Shown piece after piece: positions 63,958 through 64,000 of a stretch of 64,000 nt of DNA. The stretch comes from Azolla caroliniana (lineage: Eukaryota > Plantae > Polypodiophyta), in assembly GCA_043228905.1 (NCBI GenBank), contig JBHGNT010000018.1, forward strand, positions 248,001-312,000. The letters run 5' to 3'. Each line of letters begins with the position of its first letter. Position 1 is the first letter of the stretch. The notes under the pieces were generated by a model. That model had not been told where the DNA came from and ran no database searches. It saw only the letters and a program-made list of their open reading frames with translations. Made by a program: the position numbers and the translations under genes.

Positions 63958-64000
<43 letters not shown>
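63210..64000. repeat. Tandem array of six 122-124-bp units: ~82-bp unique core + (TG)n-TCT-(GA)n-(GAAA)n spacer
   Basis: Core GAAATATTAATGTCTTCTAAGACC...GGGGTATTTACCCATTCAAT starts at 63251, 63375, 63499, 63621, 63743 and 63865. The window ends in (GA)n. Confidence 0.95.

Noticed and set aside
63210-64000. CRISPR-like repeat/spacer appearance
   Set aside because: The spacers are the same microsatellites each time rather than unique sequences, the repeat is ~82 bp, there are no cas genes and the context is eukaryotic.

Overview
AT-rich, intron-containing land-plant nuclear DNA with many microsatellites. A non-seed plant such as a fern is a guess from the repeat content and protein divergence, not something the sequence proves. 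Six host genes can be assembled by hand: a DREPP/PCaP1-like gene (+, 12953-14385), a TRM/LONGIFOLIA-like gene (-, 20059-15485), a class II BBR/BPC GAGA-binding factor (-, 31866-30925), an intronless uncharacterised gene (+, 46861-47400), a CsgA/C-factor-like short-chain dehydrogenase (-, 55019-51151) and an NPF (NRT1/PTR) transporter (+, 57271-59898). Between them lie a decayed Ty1/copia 3' end with its LTR, an inverted solo LTR of the same family, remnants of two LINE types, a tRNA-Leu(UAA) pseudogene, a captured Cpn60-alpha fragment and many short local tandem duplications. The most unusual items are: (1) a 61-bp TG...CA foldback element with a perfect 5-bp target-site duplication (44202-44262); (2) a chaperonin fragment fused to a hierarchical repeat array and bracketed by inverted copies of that repeat; (3) an ~82-bp module found once upstream of the TRM gene and amplified six times between microsatellite spacers at the window end; (4) key-residue changes in the PCaP-like protein (no Gly2) and in the SDR (Gly at the expected catalytic Ser). 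No CRISPR or prokaryotic features are present. All coordinates were counted by eye.
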